Origin: Flavobacterium sp.
GTDB taxonomy: Bacteria; Bacteroidota; Bacteroidia; Flavobacteriales; Flavobacteriaceae
Assembly (NCBI RefSeq): GCF_043780635.1
Contig: NZ_JAYWCK010000030.1
Coordinates: forward strand, 349 to 64,348
Direction of reading: 5' to 3'
Length of the DNA: 64,000 bases
Of the stretch, positions 48,150-58,042 are shown in pieces. How positions within the stretch are numbered: the first letter of the stretch is position 1; every line of letters starts with the position of its first letter. A model generated the notes under the pieces. The model was given only the letters and a program-made list of their open reading frames with translations, searched no databases and was not told the DNA's origin. The position numbers were made by a program, and so were the translations under genes.

Positions 48150-49558
48150 TGAAATACCTTCTTTTATTACTCACCTTATTTGGAACGGCTATTTATGGTC
48201 AAACCAATAATGAAGAACAACTACCATTAAATCTCAAAGAAATGAGCTACAATGAGTATTTGGGTTTTGTAAAAAAATACCATCCATTGGTAAAAAACGC
48301 TAATTTGGAAATCAGTAAAGCACAAGCTAATTTGATGATGGCTCGAGGCGGATTTGACCCAAAATTAGAATTGGATTATAACAAAAAGCAATTTCAAGGA
48401 ACAGAGTATTATTCGATATTAAACAGCAGTTTTAAAATCCCCACTTGGTATGGAATCGACATAAAAGCAGGATTTGATCAAAACGAAGGCTATTATCTAA
48501 ATCCACAAAACAAAACACCCAGCAACGGTTTAACTTCACTTGGAATTAGCGTGCCTCTTGGTCAAGGTTTGCTTATCAATCAGCGAATGGCTGATTTGCA
48601 AAAGGCGAAAATCCAAGTCAAATTAAGTCAAGCGGAGCAAAAACTAGAAGCCATAGCCGTTTTATACGATGCTTCTGTAGCATATTTCAATTGGAAAAAA
48701 AACTACGAAGAGTATTTGCTATATGAAAATTATAGCACCAATGCGCAAAAGCGATATCAAGGCATTGAGTCCTTAATAAAACAAGGAGACAAGCCAGCCA
48801 TTGATAGCGTTGAAGCAGGAATCGTTGTCAAAAACAGGTTGTTGGCCCTTGAAGATTCAAAATTAAAATTAACAAAAGCCAAACTGGAATTATCAAACTT
48901 TCTTTGGTTAGAAAACAACATTCCATTAGAACTTTCAGATGCTATTATCCCCGAGAAAAAATTGGGTCAGACTATTCAAGAAACTTTGAATATTAGCGAA
49001 TTAGTCAATCCAGAATTTTCAGTAATGAATCATCCCAAAATTGAAGCTTTACAAAGTAAAATTGATTTATTGACCGTCGAGAAAAAGATGAAAGCAAATA
49101 TGCTGTTGCCAAAAATTGACGTGGGATATTCTTATTTGGCTCAGCCAAATCCAACAATGCCCAATAGTTCTGACAATTACAAAGTGGGAGTCGATTTTTA
49201 TTTTCCCTTGTTTTTAAGGAAAGAACGAGGCGGATTAAAGCTGGCGCAATATAAAATTCAGGAATCCGAATTTATACGTGATTTAGAAAAAGTGCAATTG
49301 ACAAACAAAATTAGCGCCCAAAAAATAGAAATCCAGTCTTTGACCAAACAACAAAATTTAATAAATAAATTAGTTACGGATTATGATACAATGCTTCAAT
49401 CTGAGGAGCGATTGTTTACTTTAGGGGAGAGCTCTCTTTTCTTAATCAACACCAGAGAAAATAATTTAGTCAGTGCTCAACTTTCACAAATTGCTTTAGA
49501 GAATCGTTTTTATACTTCCAACTCGGAACTTTATAAAATCATGGCTAATCCTAATTAA
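48149..49558 (+). CDS. TolC-family outer membrane efflux protein
   Basis: Signal peptide and two repeated halves with coiled-coil heptads. The start overlaps the HlyD stop (ATAATG). Confidence 0.8.
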   Translation: MKYLLLLLTLFGTAIYGQTNNEEQLPLNLKEMSYNEYLGFVKKYHPLVKNANLEISKAQANLMMARGGFDPKLELDYNKKQFQGTEYYSILNSSFKIPTWYGIDIKAGFDQNEGYYLNPQNKTPSNGLTSLGISVPLGQGLLINQRMADLQKAKIQVKLSQAEQKLEAIAVLYDASVAYFNWKKNYEEYLLYENYSTNAQKRYQGIESLIKQGDKPAIDSVEAGIVVKNRLLALEDSKLKLTKAKLELSNFLWLENNIPLELSDAIIPEKKLGQTIQETLNISELVNPEFSVMNHPKIEALQSKIDLLTVEKKMKANMLLPKIDVGYSYLAQPNPTMPNSSDNYKVGVDFYFPLFLRKERGGLKLAQYKIQESEFIRDLEKVQLTNKISAQKIEIQSLTKQQNLINKLVTDYDTMLQSEERLFTLGESSLFLINTRENNLVSAQLSQIALENRFYTSNSELYKIMANPN

Positions 49559-49573
49559 ATAATTTTTAAGTTG

Positions 49574-49581
49574 TATTTTTG
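49574..49581 (+). promoter_or_regulatory. -7 box (TATTTTTG) upstream of map
   Basis: TAnnTTTG match 19 nt upstream of the ATG at 49600. Confidence 0.35.
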
Positions 49582-49599
49582 CCGTCTGAAAATTGAATT

Positions 49600-50418
49600 A
49601 TGATTATCCAAAAAACACGTGAAGAAATAGAATTGATGCGCGAAAGTGCCTTAATTGTTTCGAAAACATTAGGAATGATTGCTTCCGAAATAAAAGAAGG
49701 AGTCACCACTTTATATTTAGACAAATTAGCCGAAGAATTCATTCGTGACCACGGAGCAGTTCCAAGTTTCCTTGGATTATATGGCTTTCCAAACTCGCTT
49801 TGTATGAGTCCAAATGCTCAGGTAGTACACGGAATTCCGAACAAGGTCCCTTTAAAAAGTGGCGATGTGATTTCGGTAGATTGTGGTGCTTATAAAAACG
49901 GATATCACGGAGATCACGCCTATTCTTTCGAAATTGGTGAGGTTGCTCCGGAAACCAAAAAATTATTACAGGTTACCAAAGAATCTCTATACGTAGGAAT
50001 CCGAGAATTTAAAGCTGGAAATCGTGTGGAGGATGTTGGAAGCGCTATTCAAAAATATACTGAAAGTCACGGGTATGGAGTAGTTCGGGAACTTGTTGGA
50101 CACGGTGTAGGCCAAAAAATGCACGAAGATCCAGAAATGCCCAATTACGGAAAATGTGGTCGTGGAAAACTTTTTGTCGAAGGAATGGTCGTTGCTATTG
50201 AACCTATGATTAATTTGGGAACCAAAAATATAAAACAGCTAAAAGACGGCTGGACAATCCTAACTGCGGATGGAAAACCAAGTGCTCATTTTGAACACGA
50301 TGTAGCTCTAATTGACGGAAAACCAGAATTGCTTTCGACTTTCGCTTATGTTTATCAAGCGTTAGGAATTGTGAGTAATGAGGAAGACGAGTTTAGAAAA
50401 ATTCCTTTTGTTCTTTAA
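49600..50418 (+). CDS. map: type I methionine aminopeptidase
   Basis: Metal-ligand contexts VVHGIP, SVDCGA, GDHAY, VGHGVG, AIEPM and FEHDV. Confidence 0.93.
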   Translation: MIIQKTREEIELMRESALIVSKTLGMIASEIKEGVTTLYLDKLAEEFIRDHGAVPSFLGLYGFPNSLCMSPNAQVVHGIPNKVPLKSGDVISVDCGAYKNGYHGDHAYSFEIGEVAPETKKLLQVTKESLYVGIREFKAGNRVEDVGSAIQKYTESHGYGVVRELVGHGVGQKMHEDPEMPNYGKCGRGKLFVEGMVVAIEPMINLGTKNIKQLKDGWTILTADGKPSAHFEHDVALIDGKPELLSTFAYVYQALGIVSNEEDEFRKIPFVL

Positions 50419-50435
50419 ACACCGATTTTACTATT

Positions 50436-51206
50436 TTGAAAAAACTTTTTAAATTAATACTCAATACCATTCCTCGTCCAATATTAATTAGACTGAGTTA
50501 TGCCGCACGTCCTGTTCTTGCTTTGGCTTTGAAAGGAAATACATTCACGGATCCAATCGATGGAAAAAGTTTTAGAATGTTTTTGCCTTATGGATACGGA
50601 AAACAGAGAAACAATGCGCTTTCGCCAAGTACACTTTCGCTCGAAAGACATCGTTTATTGTGGTTATATTTGAAAAACGAAACCGATTTTTTTACTTCTG
50701 CAGCAAGAAAAAAAGTCCTTCATTTTGCACCGGAACAAGCATTTTATAAATTGTTCCGAAATCAAAAAAACATAGATTACACCACAACCGATTTGTTTTC
50801 GCCTCTTGCAGATGTGAAAGCTGATATTTGCAATTTACCATTTGATGACAATTCTTATGATATTATTTTTTGCAATCACGTATTGGAACACATTCCTGAT
50901 GATACCAAAGCGATGCAGGAATTATTCCGAGTTTTGAAAAAAGGTGGAATGGCAATTCTGCAAATTCCTCAGGACTTGAAAAGAGAAATAACTTTTGCCG
51001 ACGATTCCATCACTGACCAAAAAGAACGTGCCGAAATATTTGGTCAATACGATCACGTTCGCATTTATGGTCGCGATTATTTTGATAAATTGCGAAGCAT
51101 TGGATTTACAGTTGTCGAAGAAGATTACACCAATAAAATCACTCCTGAATTGGTTGAGAAATATTGTTTGGCCAAAGGTGAAATCATTCCTGTTTGCTTT
51201 AAATAA
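50436..51206 (+). CDS. class I SAM-dependent methyltransferase
   Basis: Methyltransf_11-like block (IIFCNHVLEHIPDDTKAMQELFRVLKKGGMAILQIP). The ORF starts at a TTG. Confidence 0.75.
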   Translation: MKKLFKLILNTIPRPILIRLSYAARPVLALALKGNTFTDPIDGKSFRMFLPYGYGKQRNNALSPSTLSLERHRLLWLYLKNETDFFTSAARKKVLHFAPEQAFYKLFRNQKNIDYTTTDLFSPLADVKADICNLPFDDNSYDIIFCNHVLEHIPDDTKAMQELFRVLKKGGMAILQIPQDLKREITFADDSITDQKERAEIFGQYDHVRIYGRDYFDKLRSIGFTVVEEDYTNKITPELVEKYCLAKGEIIPVCFK

Positions 51207-51323
51207 TTTTATCCTAATAAACTGTATTTCTCAATCATTTCAGTGTCAAAAACCAAAATTTCTAAGTTTTTTTTTATACCTTTAATAGCCCAAGTAGTTT
51301 TATCAATTGTTAAATTATAACAG

Positions 51324-52154
51324 ATGAAAATTGTAAAACATTCTGGCGATATTGTTGATTTTAACCCAATAAAACTCAAACAATCACTCTTGAAATCAGG
51401 AGCAAGCCAGTCAATAGTTGAAGCTATTTTACAAACTATTAAAAAGGAAATCTACGAAGGAATTTCAACTAAGCAAATCTACAAGTTGGCTTTTAGCCTA
51501 TTAAAAAAAGTATCTCATTCTCATGCCGCCAGATATAATTTAAAAGAAGCCATACGATTATTAGGTCCAGCAGGCTTTTTTTTCGAAAAATATATTGCTC
51601 GTCTTTTCGCTGCTGAGCATTATGTAACCCAAACGAATTTAGTTCTACAAGGCAAATGCGTATCGCACGAAATTGATGTGTTGATTAAAAAAGACCATGT
51701 CATTTCTATGATTGAATGCAAATTTCATCTTGGAAAAGATGCTAATTCTGACGTAAAAGTCCCCATGTATATTCTGTCACGATTTAATGATTTAAAAGAA
51801 AGGCGACATGCCATTTTTTCGGAAAAAGATTCTATATCAAAATGCTGGATTGCCACTAATAATCGATTTACGTCGGATGCAATTGCCTTTGCAAAATGTT
51901 CAGGATTGAGTTTGTTAAGTTGGAATTATCCCGAAAACAATAATTTAAAAACTAAAAACGACGATAATTTTCTTTATCCGGTAACCTGTTTAACCACTTT
52001 ATCTTTGGCCGAAAAAGACAGATTATTAATATTAGACGTGATTTTGGTAAAAGAAATAATAAACAATTCAGATTGCTTGGAAAGAATTGGATTGAGTTCT
52101 AATCGAATAAAAAACGTATTGAAAGAAGCATCAGAATTATGTGAATATATTTAG
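51324..52154 (+). CDS. ATP-cone domain fused to a PD-(D/E)xK (Mrr-like) nuclease domain
   Basis: N-terminal ATP-cone pattern (MKIVKHSGDIVDFNPIKLKQSL...), then FFFEKYIARLF ... HEIDVLIKKDHVISMIECKFH (D..ExK core). Confidence 0.7.
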   Translation: MKIVKHSGDIVDFNPIKLKQSLLKSGASQSIVEAILQTIKKEIYEGISTKQIYKLAFSLLKKVSHSHAARYNLKEAIRLLGPAGFFFEKYIARLFAAEHYVTQTNLVLQGKCVSHEIDVLIKKDHVISMIECKFHLGKDANSDVKVPMYILSRFNDLKERRHAIFSEKDSISKCWIATNNRFTSDAIAFAKCSGLSLLSWNYPENNNLKTKNDDNFLYPVTCLTTLSLAEKDRLLILDVILVKEIINNSDCLERIGLSSNRIKNVLKEASELCEYI

Positions 52155-52211
52155 CCCATCGACAAGATCAGGGTGACAATTAGATTTTTATTAATTTAAA
52201 ATATTGAAATT

Positions 52212-53567
52212 ATGAAAATTAAATTCATTGGTGGAGCAGGAACAGTAACCGGTTCAAAAACATTAATTGAAAGCAATGGTTTAAAGATTTTGATAGATTG
52301 TGGACAATTTCAAGGCATCAAACCTTTGAGAGAACTCAATTGGCAGCCTTTGCCTGTTTTACCTTCTACAATAGATTTTGTATTACTTACTCATGGACAT
52401 TTAGATCATTGTGGTTGGTTACCAAGATTAGTAAATCAAGGATTCAAAGGCAAAATTTATTGCACGAGTCCCACAAAAGATGTAGCAAAATTGATTCTTT
52501 TGGATAGCGCAAAAATTCAGGAAGAAGAAGCAATTAAAGCCAATCAGGAACATTATTCCAAACACGAAATTGCTGAACCTCTTTATACTGTAAAACAAGC
52601 TGAAGCAGTTTCTCCTCTTTTTAGAGTGGTTAAACCAAATGAGGAAATTATTTTGGATGCTGAAATTACTGCTGTTTTTTCGAATGCCGGTCACATTATT
52701 GGTGCTTGCAGCGTAGAATTATTTTTAGAAAATAAAACTTTAGTTTTTTCAGGCGACATTGGTCGTGACAATGATGTACTAATGTTTCGTCCAACTAAAC
52801 CTAAGAAAGCCGATTATATTTTCTTGGAAAGTACCTACGGAAATCGGCTTCATCCCAATACTGATGCCAAGGCAGAACTAGAAATGTACATCAACAATAC
52901 GGTTCAAAAAGGAGGAACAATTATTATTCCGAGTTTTGCTGTAGAACGCGCTCAAACTATAATGTATTTGTTGTGGCAACTCAAAACAGAAGGTAAAATT
53001 CCTAATATTCCTTATATAATTGACACGCCAATGGGAATTAAAGTGTTGGATATTTTTGAAAATAATAGAAATTGGCACAAATTACCCGAATATGAATATG
53101 TAGCAATGTGCCAAATGTTTACAATGATTTCTGATTATCAGGAAACCATAGAAACAATTTATAATAAAAACTCCAAAGTGATAATTGCAGCCAGCGGAAT
53201 GATTACAGGCGGAAGGGTTTTGAGTTATTTAGAGCGATATATCGGGCTGCCTGAAACCACCGTAATCATTATTGGCTATCAAGCCGAAGGAACACGAGGC
53301 AGAAAATTATTGGAAGGAGCTAAAGAAATTAAAGTTTACGGAAAATATTATGAAGTAAAAGCTACTATTCTGGAAATAGAAGCACTTTCAGCTCACGGAG
53401 ATCAAAATGATTTACTAAACTGGCTTTCCGAATTGGAAAACACCCCGAAAAAAATATTTTTGGTTCATGGAGAAAATGAAGCATTAGATGAACTTAGCAT
53501 AAAAATTAATGAAAAGTTTGGTTTTGATTGCGTTATTCCTTTGATGGGGCAAGAGTTCAACCTTTAA
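52212..53567 (+). CDS. MBL-fold beta-CASP family nuclease
   Basis: Motifs HGHLDHCG, ESTYG, SAHGD and LVHGE in the order typical of beta-CASP RNases/DNases. Confidence 0.85.
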   Translation: MKIKFIGGAGTVTGSKTLIESNGLKILIDCGQFQGIKPLRELNWQPLPVLPSTIDFVLLTHGHLDHCGWLPRLVNQGFKGKIYCTSPTKDVAKLILLDSAKIQEEEAIKANQEHYSKHEIAEPLYTVKQAEAVSPLFRVVKPNEEIILDAEITAVFSNAGHIIGACSVELFLENKTLVFSGDIGRDNDVLMFRPTKPKKADYIFLESTYGNRLHPNTDAKAELEMYINNTVQKGGTIIIPSFAVERAQTIMYLLWQLKTEGKIPNIPYIIDTPMGIKVLDIFENNRNWHKLPEYEYVAMCQMFTMISDYQETIETIYNKNSKVIIAASGMITGGRVLSYLERYIGLPETTVIIIGYQAEGTRGRKLLEGAKEIKVYGKYYEVKATILEIEALSAHGDQNDLLNWLSELENTPKKIFLVHGENEALDELSIKINEKFGFDCVIPLMGQEFNL

Positions 53568-53693
53568 AAAGAATGTACAAGAACCTTTTTTTTATTAAAT
53601 ATTTATTAAAAAACCTGAAATCCATAGCCTTTATAGTGCAGTTTCGCCAAATTATAATTACTTTCACAACCAAAATTTTTTTAAAGTATTTTT

Positions 53694-54365
53694 ATGAATA
53701 ATTTCGATTGGACACAACTAATAAATCCCGAGTTTTATATATTAATGGAATTTGGTGGAGTAAAAATGGGATTGCTAGTTATTCTTTTTATAATTTTTGC
53801 CGAAACAGGTTTGTTTGCAGGATTTTTTCTACCAGGAGATAGCTTGTTATTTTTAGCAGGGATTTACAGTGAGTTATTGACTCGGCAAATATCAGTAGGT
53901 AACGATTTTATCAATGTGGTTTTATTGTCCTCATTGGTTTCTTTAGCAGGTGTTTTTGGCAATATGGTTGGTTATTGGTTTGGAGTTAAAGGAGGTACTT
54001 ATCTCTACAATAAGGAAGATACATTTTGGTTTAAGGAAAAATACCTTTTACAATCTCGAGATTTTTTCGAAAAATATGGCGGAAAAGCAATTGTTTTTGC
54101 ACGGTTTTTACCCATTTTCAGAACTTTTGCACCTATAGTTGCAGGAATTGCAGGAATGAATAAAAAGAAGTTTATGTTCAATAATATTGTTGGTTCCATA
54201 CTTTGGTCTTTCAGTATGATTTTTGCAGGACATTATTTGTCATCCTTATTTTTAGAAAAATTCAATATTGATTTAAAAAGCCATATAGAGTATATTGTGA
54301 TTGGAATTGTTTTTGTGACAACCGCTCCTGTTTTGTGGAAATTATTAAAGAAAAGAGTTCATTAA
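53694..54365 (+). CDS. DedA family membrane protein
   Basis: Motifs FLPGDSLLFLAG and ARFLPIFRTFAPIVAG. Confidence 0.85.
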   Translation: MNNFDWTQLINPEFYILMEFGGVKMGLLVILFIIFAETGLFAGFFLPGDSLLFLAGIYSELLTRQISVGNDFINVVLLSSLVSLAGVFGNMVGYWFGVKGGTYLYNKEDTFWFKEKYLLQSRDFFEKYGGKAIVFARFLPIFRTFAPIVAGIAGMNKKKFMFNNIVGSILWSFSMIFAGHYLSSLFLEKFNIDLKSHIEYIVIGIVFVTTAPVLWKLLKKRVH

Positions 54366-54384
54366 TATTTTAATAAAAGCATAA

Positions 54385-54417
54385 AAAAACTCCATTTAAA
54401 TTGTAATTGGAGTTTTT
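54385..54417. terminator. bidirectional terminator between dedA-like gene and clpX
   Basis: Stem AAAAACTCCA / TGGAGTTTTT with a 13-nt loop. Confidence 0.55.
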
Positions 54418-54437
54418 TAATTTATGTAAAAATTAAT

Positions 54438-55670
54438 TTACGAAGCGATTTCTAATCGTTTCAATAAGTTTCTATTAAGTGTTTCTTTTGCATAATCAAC
54501 ATCAATTTCTAATATTTTATCATCAGAACTTGGCAATTCATACATTGCATCGGTTAGGATGGCTTCGCATAAAGAACGCAATCCACGAGCTCCGAGTTTA
54601 TATTCCAAAGCTTTTTCGACAATAAAATCCAAAGCCTCATCCGTGATATTGAATACTACTTCATCCATCAAAAACAGTTTTTGGTATTGTTTAATCAAGG
54701 CATTTTTAGGTTCGGTCAAAATCGCTCTCAAAGTTTCTCTGTCCAAAGGATCCATATGTGTCAACACTGGCAAACGACCAATGATTTCTGGAATTAATCC
54801 AAAATCCTTGATGTCTTTTGGTATAATATATTGCAACAAATTATCTTTGTCAATATTATCAACATTTCTTGATGTGCTGTAACCAACGGCTTGGCGATTT
54901 AATCTTTTAGAAATAATTTTTTCAACTCCGTCGAAAGCACCTCCTGCAATAAATAAGATGTTTTGGGTATTTACCTCAACAAATTTTTGGTCTGGATGTT
55001 TTCTTCCTCCTTTTGGCGGAACATTCACCACCGTTCCTTCCAATAATTTCAATAATGCTTGTTGCACTCCTTCGCCAGAAACATCACGAGTGATGGATGG
55101 ATTGTCGCTTTTGCGGGCAATTTTATCAATTTCGTCAATGAAAACGATTCCCCTTTCGGCTTTGGCAAGATCATAATCGGCAGCTTGTAGTAAACGTGTC
55201 AAAATACTTTCGACATCTTCGCCCACATAACCAGCTTCTGTCAAAACTGTTGCGTCAACAATTGCCAAGGGAACGTCAAGCATTCTGGCAATAGTTTTTG
55301 CAACCAAAGTTTTTCCGGTTCCGGTTTGACCCACCATAATGATATTGCTTTTTTCAATCTCCACATCGTCGTGTAATTCTTGTTGCATCAAACGTTTGTA
55401 GTGATTGTAAACCGCAACAGCCATCACTTTTTTGGTTTGGTCTTGACCAATAACGTATTGATCAAGGAAAGCCCTGATTTCTTTTGGTTTTTTCAAAACC
55501 AAATCAGCTGGCAACTTTGCCTTACTGCTTGATTTTAATTCTTCTAATACAATTCCGTGGGCTTGCTCGATACATTTATCACAAATGTGTGCGTCGATTC
55601 CGGCAATCAATAAATTGGTTTCCGGTTTTTTTCTTCCACAGAATGAACATTCTAATTTTGGTTTTGCCAT
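54438..55670 (-). CDS. clpX: ATP-dependent Clp protease ATP-binding subunit ClpX
   Basis: Zinc ribbon CSFCGRKK...CDKC, Walker A GQTGTGKT, and Walker [10 protein letters not shown]. Confidence 0.95.
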   Translation of the reverse strand: MAKPKLECSFCGRKKPETNLLIAGIDAHICDKCIEQAHGIVLEELKSSSKAKLPADLVLKKPKEIRAFLDQYVIGQDQTKKVMAVAVYNHYKRLMQQELHDDVEIEKSNIIMVGQTGTGKTLVAKTIARMLDVPLAIVDATVLTEAGYVGEDVESILTRLLQAADYDLAKAERGIVFIDEIDKIARKSDNPSITRDVSGEGVQQALLKLLEGTVVNVPPKGGRKHPDQKFVEVNTQNILFIAGGAFDGVEKIISKRLNRQAVGYSTSRNVDNIDKDNLLQYIIPKDIKDFGLIPEIIGRLPVLTHMDPLDRETLRAILTEPKNALIKQYQKLFLMDEVVFNITDEALDFIVEKALEYKLGARGLRSLCEAILTDAMYELPSSDDKILEIDVDYAKETLNRNLLKRLEIAS

Positions 55671-55676
55671 CTTTTT

Positions 55677-55737
55677 AGATTGCAGATTTTAGATTTCAGA
55701 TTTCAGATTGCAAAAAACTGCAGTCTGAAATCTGAAA
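55677..55737 (-). repeat. heptamer-repeat hairpin in the clpP-clpX spacer
   Basis: Five tandem AGATTNN heptamers (55677-55711). The last 2.5 units pair with 55719-55737 in a stem of about 19 bp with one G-U pair. Confidence 0.65.
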
Positions 55738-55750
55738 CCTGTTATCTAAT

Positions 55751-56425
55751 TTAACTTCTTCTCAACACTTCATCAATCATTCCGTATTCTTTTGCTTCGT
55801 CAGCAATCATCCAATAATCGCGTTCACTATCTTTATGAACTTTATCGAATGTTTGTCCTGTGTGCTGAGAAATAATTTGGTATAATTCGTCTTTTAATTT
55901 CAACATTTCGCGAAGGTTGATTTCCATATCAGTCGCAACACCTTGTGCTCCGCCCGACGGCTGATGAATCATTACTCTTGAATGAGGTAATGCCGAACGT
56001 TTTCCTGCTGCTCCGGCACATAATAAAACGGCTCCCATTGAAGCGGCCATTCCGGTGCAAATAGTTGCCACGTCAGGTTTGATATATTGCATTGTGTCAT
56101 AAATTCCCAATCCTGCATAAACGCTTCCTCCTGGAGAATTCAAGTAAATTTGAATATCTTTTGAAGCATCTGCACTTTCAAGAAAAAGCAATTGTGCTTG
56201 AACAATATTTGCAATTTGGTCATCAATTCCTGTTCCAAGAAAAATAATTCTGTCCATCATTAATCTCGAAAAAACGTCTAATTGAGAAATGTTCAACTGG
56301 CGTTCTTCAATAATATAAGGAGTCATATTTGTTGGATTCATTGCCGCTACAATCTTGTCGTAGTACATTGCATTTACACCTTGGTGTTTTGTAGCAAATT
56401 TTTTAAATTCTTTACCGTAGTTCAT
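55751..56425 (-). CDS. clpP: ATP-dependent Clp protease proteolytic subunit
   Basis: Catalytic contexts GMAASMGA (Ser) and MIHQP (His). Confidence 0.95.
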   Translation of the reverse strand: MNYGKEFKKFATKHQGVNAMYYDKIVAAMNPTNMTPYIIEERQLNISQLDVFSRLMMDRIIFLGTGIDDQIANIVQAQLLFLESADASKDIQIYLNSPGGSVYAGLGIYDTMQYIKPDVATICTGMAASMGAVLLCAGAAGKRSALPHSRVMIHQPSGGAQGVATDMEINLREMLKLKDELYQIISQHTGQTFDKVHKDSERDYWMIADEAKEYGMIDEVLRRS

Positions 56426-56534
56426 ATTTATTTGTTCTAAGTTTTATGTAATATACTGAATAGTTATTTTATCAAAGGTCATACCTCTTTACAAATGATG
56501 CCAATATGTCTTAATTTTAAATATAAGAACTTTT

Positions 56535-56573
56535 AAAAAAAAGAGCGTCAAAAAAATAATTCTTTTGACGCTC
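56535..56573 (-). terminator. rho-independent terminator of tig
   Basis: Minus-strand stem GAGCGTCAAAA / TTTTGACGCTC followed by TTTTTTTT. Confidence 0.75.
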
Positions 56574-56597
56574 AAAGATACTAATTTTTTCTAAAAT

Positions 56598-57923
56598 TTA
56601 TTCTCCGTAAAATGCGGTAATAAATTCGTCATAATTAACTTCTTTAGTTGTAGGATTCGCTTTTTCTTTAAACAAGTCTAATAATTTCTCGGCTACAACT
56701 TGATCAGAAAGTCTTTTTACTTCTTCTTGGTTTGCCAAAACTCTTGCAACAATTCCCTGAACTTCTTCATCAGTAGGATTTGTTTGTCCGAATTGTGCCA
56801 TTTGCTGACGGATAGATTTTGTTGTAAAAGATTTCAAATCTTCGAAAGTGATTTTAATGTCACTTTGTGCCATTGCTTTTCCTTCGATTAATTGAAATCG
56901 CAATCCTTTTTCTGATCTAGTATATTCTACTTCAGCTTCTGCTGTCGTAAGTTGTTTTTCACCAACAGTTTGCAACCATTTTTTAAGAAATTCAGCTGGT
57001 AAATCGAATTTTGTGTTTTCGATTAAAAATTCAGTTACATCGTTTAATAATTTTTGGTCTGCTTGCTGAGCAAATTGACTCTCAGCACCTTCCTTGATAT
57101 TGGCTTTCAAATCTTCAAGAGAAGTTACTTTTCCAGGACCAAAAAGTTTGTCGAATAATTCTTGGTTTAATTCGGCTAATTCTGTTGAATTGATGCCTTC
57201 GATAGTAAAATCTACATCTACTTCAAGTCCGTGAACATGATCGTGAGCCACTTTCATCGTATCCATCAATTTGTGATCGTCATCAAACAATCCTTTTGTA
57301 TTAACTGTTACAACATCTCCAACTTTTTTTCCAATAAATTTATCAGAAGTGCTTTTGTCTTTGAAAATGTCTAAAGAAAAAGTAGTTGGATTGCTTATTC
57401 CTTTTTCAATATTAAAAAATGTTCCGGAAACATCAAATCCAGCTTCAACAGCGTCTTGAGGAATTGGAGTCCCAAATTGTTTTTGGATACGGGCAATTTG
57501 GCCTTCAATCATTTTATCATCAGCAGTAACCACATATTTTATAATGTTGTTTTTGGCGTCCAAATCTAATTCAAAACTTGGAACTAAACCTATTTCATAT
57601 TCAAAAACCAATTCTTCGTCGTCCCAAGAAAAATTTTCGTTTATTTTAGCAAGTGGTGTACCAAGAAGATTTAATCTTTCGGATTGCACAAAACGCTCTA
57701 AAGCCAAATCAACTACTTTTTTTACTTCTTCTTGTTTTATAGCTTTCCCGTATTGTTTTTCAACAAGATCTTTTGGTACTGCGCCTTTTCTGAATCCTTT
57801 TACGGTTGCCAATGGCATTTTTTCGTTTATTCTTTTTGCTACTTGACCTTTATAATCCATAGCAACAACTGTCATTACAATTGTTTCGTTTACTGCGTCT
57901 AATGCTACTCTTTTGATATCCAT
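56598..57923 (-). CDS. tig: trigger factor
   Basis: 441 aa with an FRKG-type ribosome-binding motif (GFRKGAVP). It sits upstream of clpP-clpX, as in many bacteria. Confidence 0.9.
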   Translation of the reverse strand: MDIKRVALDAVNETIVMTVVAMDYKGQVAKRINEKMPLATVKGFRKGAVPKDLVEKQYGKAIKQEEVKKVVDLALERFVQSERLNLLGTPLAKINENFSWDDEELVFEYEIGLVPSFELDLDAKNNIIKYVVTADDKMIEGQIARIQKQFGTPIPQDAVEAGFDVSGTFFNIEKGISNPTTFSLDIFKDKSTSDKFIGKKVGDVVTVNTKGLFDDDHKLMDTMKVAHDHVHGLEVDVDFTIEGINSTELAELNQELFDKLFGPGKVTSLEDLKANIKEGAESQFAQQADQKLLNDVTEFLIENTKFDLPAEFLKKWLQTVGEKQLTTAEAEVEYTRSEKGLRFQLIEGKAMAQSDIKITFEDLKSFTTKSIRQQMAQFGQTNPTDEEVQGIVARVLANQEEVKRLSDQVVAEKLLDLFKEKANPTTKEVNYDEFITAFYGE

Positions 57924-57950
57924 CTTCTTCTTTAATTTACATAATAAAAT

Positions 57951-57983
57951 TGGGTTGCAAAATTATAAAATTTTTGCAACCCA
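57951..57983 (-). terminator. terminator after the small membrane protein gene
   Basis: Stem TGGGTTGCAAAA / TTTTGCAACCCA. On the minus strand it is followed by ATTTTATT. Confidence 0.55.
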
Positions 57984-58042
57984 AACAAGTTTTTAAGTTA
58001 TTGTATTTTAGTCAATTATTTGACTGCAATTGTAATACTTTT

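Noticed and set aside
55677-55711. Tandem heptamers considered as a CRISPR-like or phase-variable repeat.
   Set aside because: The units are only 7 nt with no spacers and no cas genes. The repeats are fully explained as one arm of a hairpin.
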